A stretch of 64,000 nucleotides of DNA from Ruditapes philippinarum (lineage: Eukaryota): positions 62,001 to 126,000 of the forward strand of contig NW_026860568.1 of the NCBI RefSeq assembly GCF_026571515.1. The letters are read 5' to 3'. The notes below the pieces were generated by a model, which was not told the DNA's origin, ran no database searches, and worked only from the letters and a program-made list of their open reading frames with translations. Shown here one piece after another: positions 62,779 to 64,000 of the stretch; the first letter of the stretch is position 1; every line of letters begins with the position of its first letter. Position numbers and translations under genes: made by a program.

Positions 62779-64000
62779 AATGAGAAAAAGGTTCTTCCCA
62801 AGTTGAACGATAGACTAGTCCATTTAAGGTATTGAACTTGGTAGGGATTTATAATATGTATAATTTTTTGAAGTTACATATGACTTGCATGTTCAGATAA
62901 TCCTCTCTGTGAAAGCATTAAATTTAGCTGATATAATAAAAATCATTCAGTTCACACTTCCATGAAAGATTACCCATCATCAGACCATCTTTGAGTTTTA
63001 CAAAGTGTACTTAAATAGAAAACTGAATATTAAGTAGAGTCTTGTGTTCAGGAGCAGGGATTTTCTTCCTATATTTACAAGCCGAATAAAGGCTCTTTCC
63101 AGTTTCCCCTAGCCCAAAATAGATATATATTTTCCCCTAAAAATGTTATATTTTTCCTGAAATGCCTTGTGCAGATATTTGACCTATATCAGCTTAAAAG
63201 TTGATGAAAGATAAAAACCTGTCCCTCATAATAATAGATACCCACTGCTATGCACCATGCATTGAAATTGAAAATGTTATTAAATGTGTGGGTAAATTCT
63301 ATTCTCAGCTGTTAAAAGTGATATGAAAGTGCAAAAAAGCAAAATGTATATATAGATGCTAAGTGACTAATAAATGTCAGTAACCCATATGTACTACAAG
63401 TTATTTATTCAACAATTATGTATTATATACTTCTAGATTTCTAGACTCCTCTAGATTTATCATTAAGAAAATATTAGAAAACAAGAAGTTTCACTTTAAG
63501 AGAATTGGAAAATATTATTCAAGAAAAAAATAATTTTCTTTTAAAATTTATAATATTATGAAATGAAAAAAAAAGATTTAGATTGATCTTTTTAAATGTG
63601 AGGTTAATTGTTCTGGCTGATAAATATGAAAAAAACAACAAATAAATAGAAAAAAAACCAAACTGACTTTTAGTATAGAATTAAATTCTTTGAAATGATA
63701 TTAGAATCATATGAATGAGGAAAATATATTCATTAAAAACACTGTAATTTAGTTTTTTGCTATTGTCACAAGTCATGTTCATTTGCAAATCTTCTTAATT
63801 TTTTGTCTTTCCCAGGTTTTACAGGGGAAAAATACGCATGCATTCTAAAATTAGTCATAGATTCATACAAATTCATGAAGGAAATTTAAGTTCATGAAGG
63901 AAATTTAACAGCCTATTTTATGAACTCAAAAGCATTCAAAACTTTTGTATTCATGCAAATAGTCATCAGTTTTTATCACTTAAACCGTAAAGATCAGTGT

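Overview
AT-rich, intron-containing animal genomic DNA; the repeat families suggest a bivalve mollusc (inference). No prokaryotic features. Manual GT-AG splicing reveals a tandem cluster of seven divergent calmodulin-like four-EF-hand genes across ~3.3-44.4 kb. Four are on the + strand (the first lacks its 5' exons in this window) and three on the - strand, arranged tail-to-tail. The six complete models are open frames of 140-161 aa. The two strand groups differ in intron layout and in which Ca2+ loops are intact. A 12-coding-exon TAF6L gene (689 aa, - strand, 46647-56410) follows, with a long acidic C-terminal tail. Mobile DNA includes two near-identical TTAA-flanked piggyBac-type MITEs, a decayed ~5 kb Academ-like (XPG-domain) transposon inserted into an older MITE, Helentron/HINE-type elements with internal tandem repeats, tRNA-derived SINEs, foldback MITEs and a 54-bp tandem array. 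Most ORFs in the supplied track are spurious or are single exons read into introns. All gene models are by eye and need RNA-seq confirmation.
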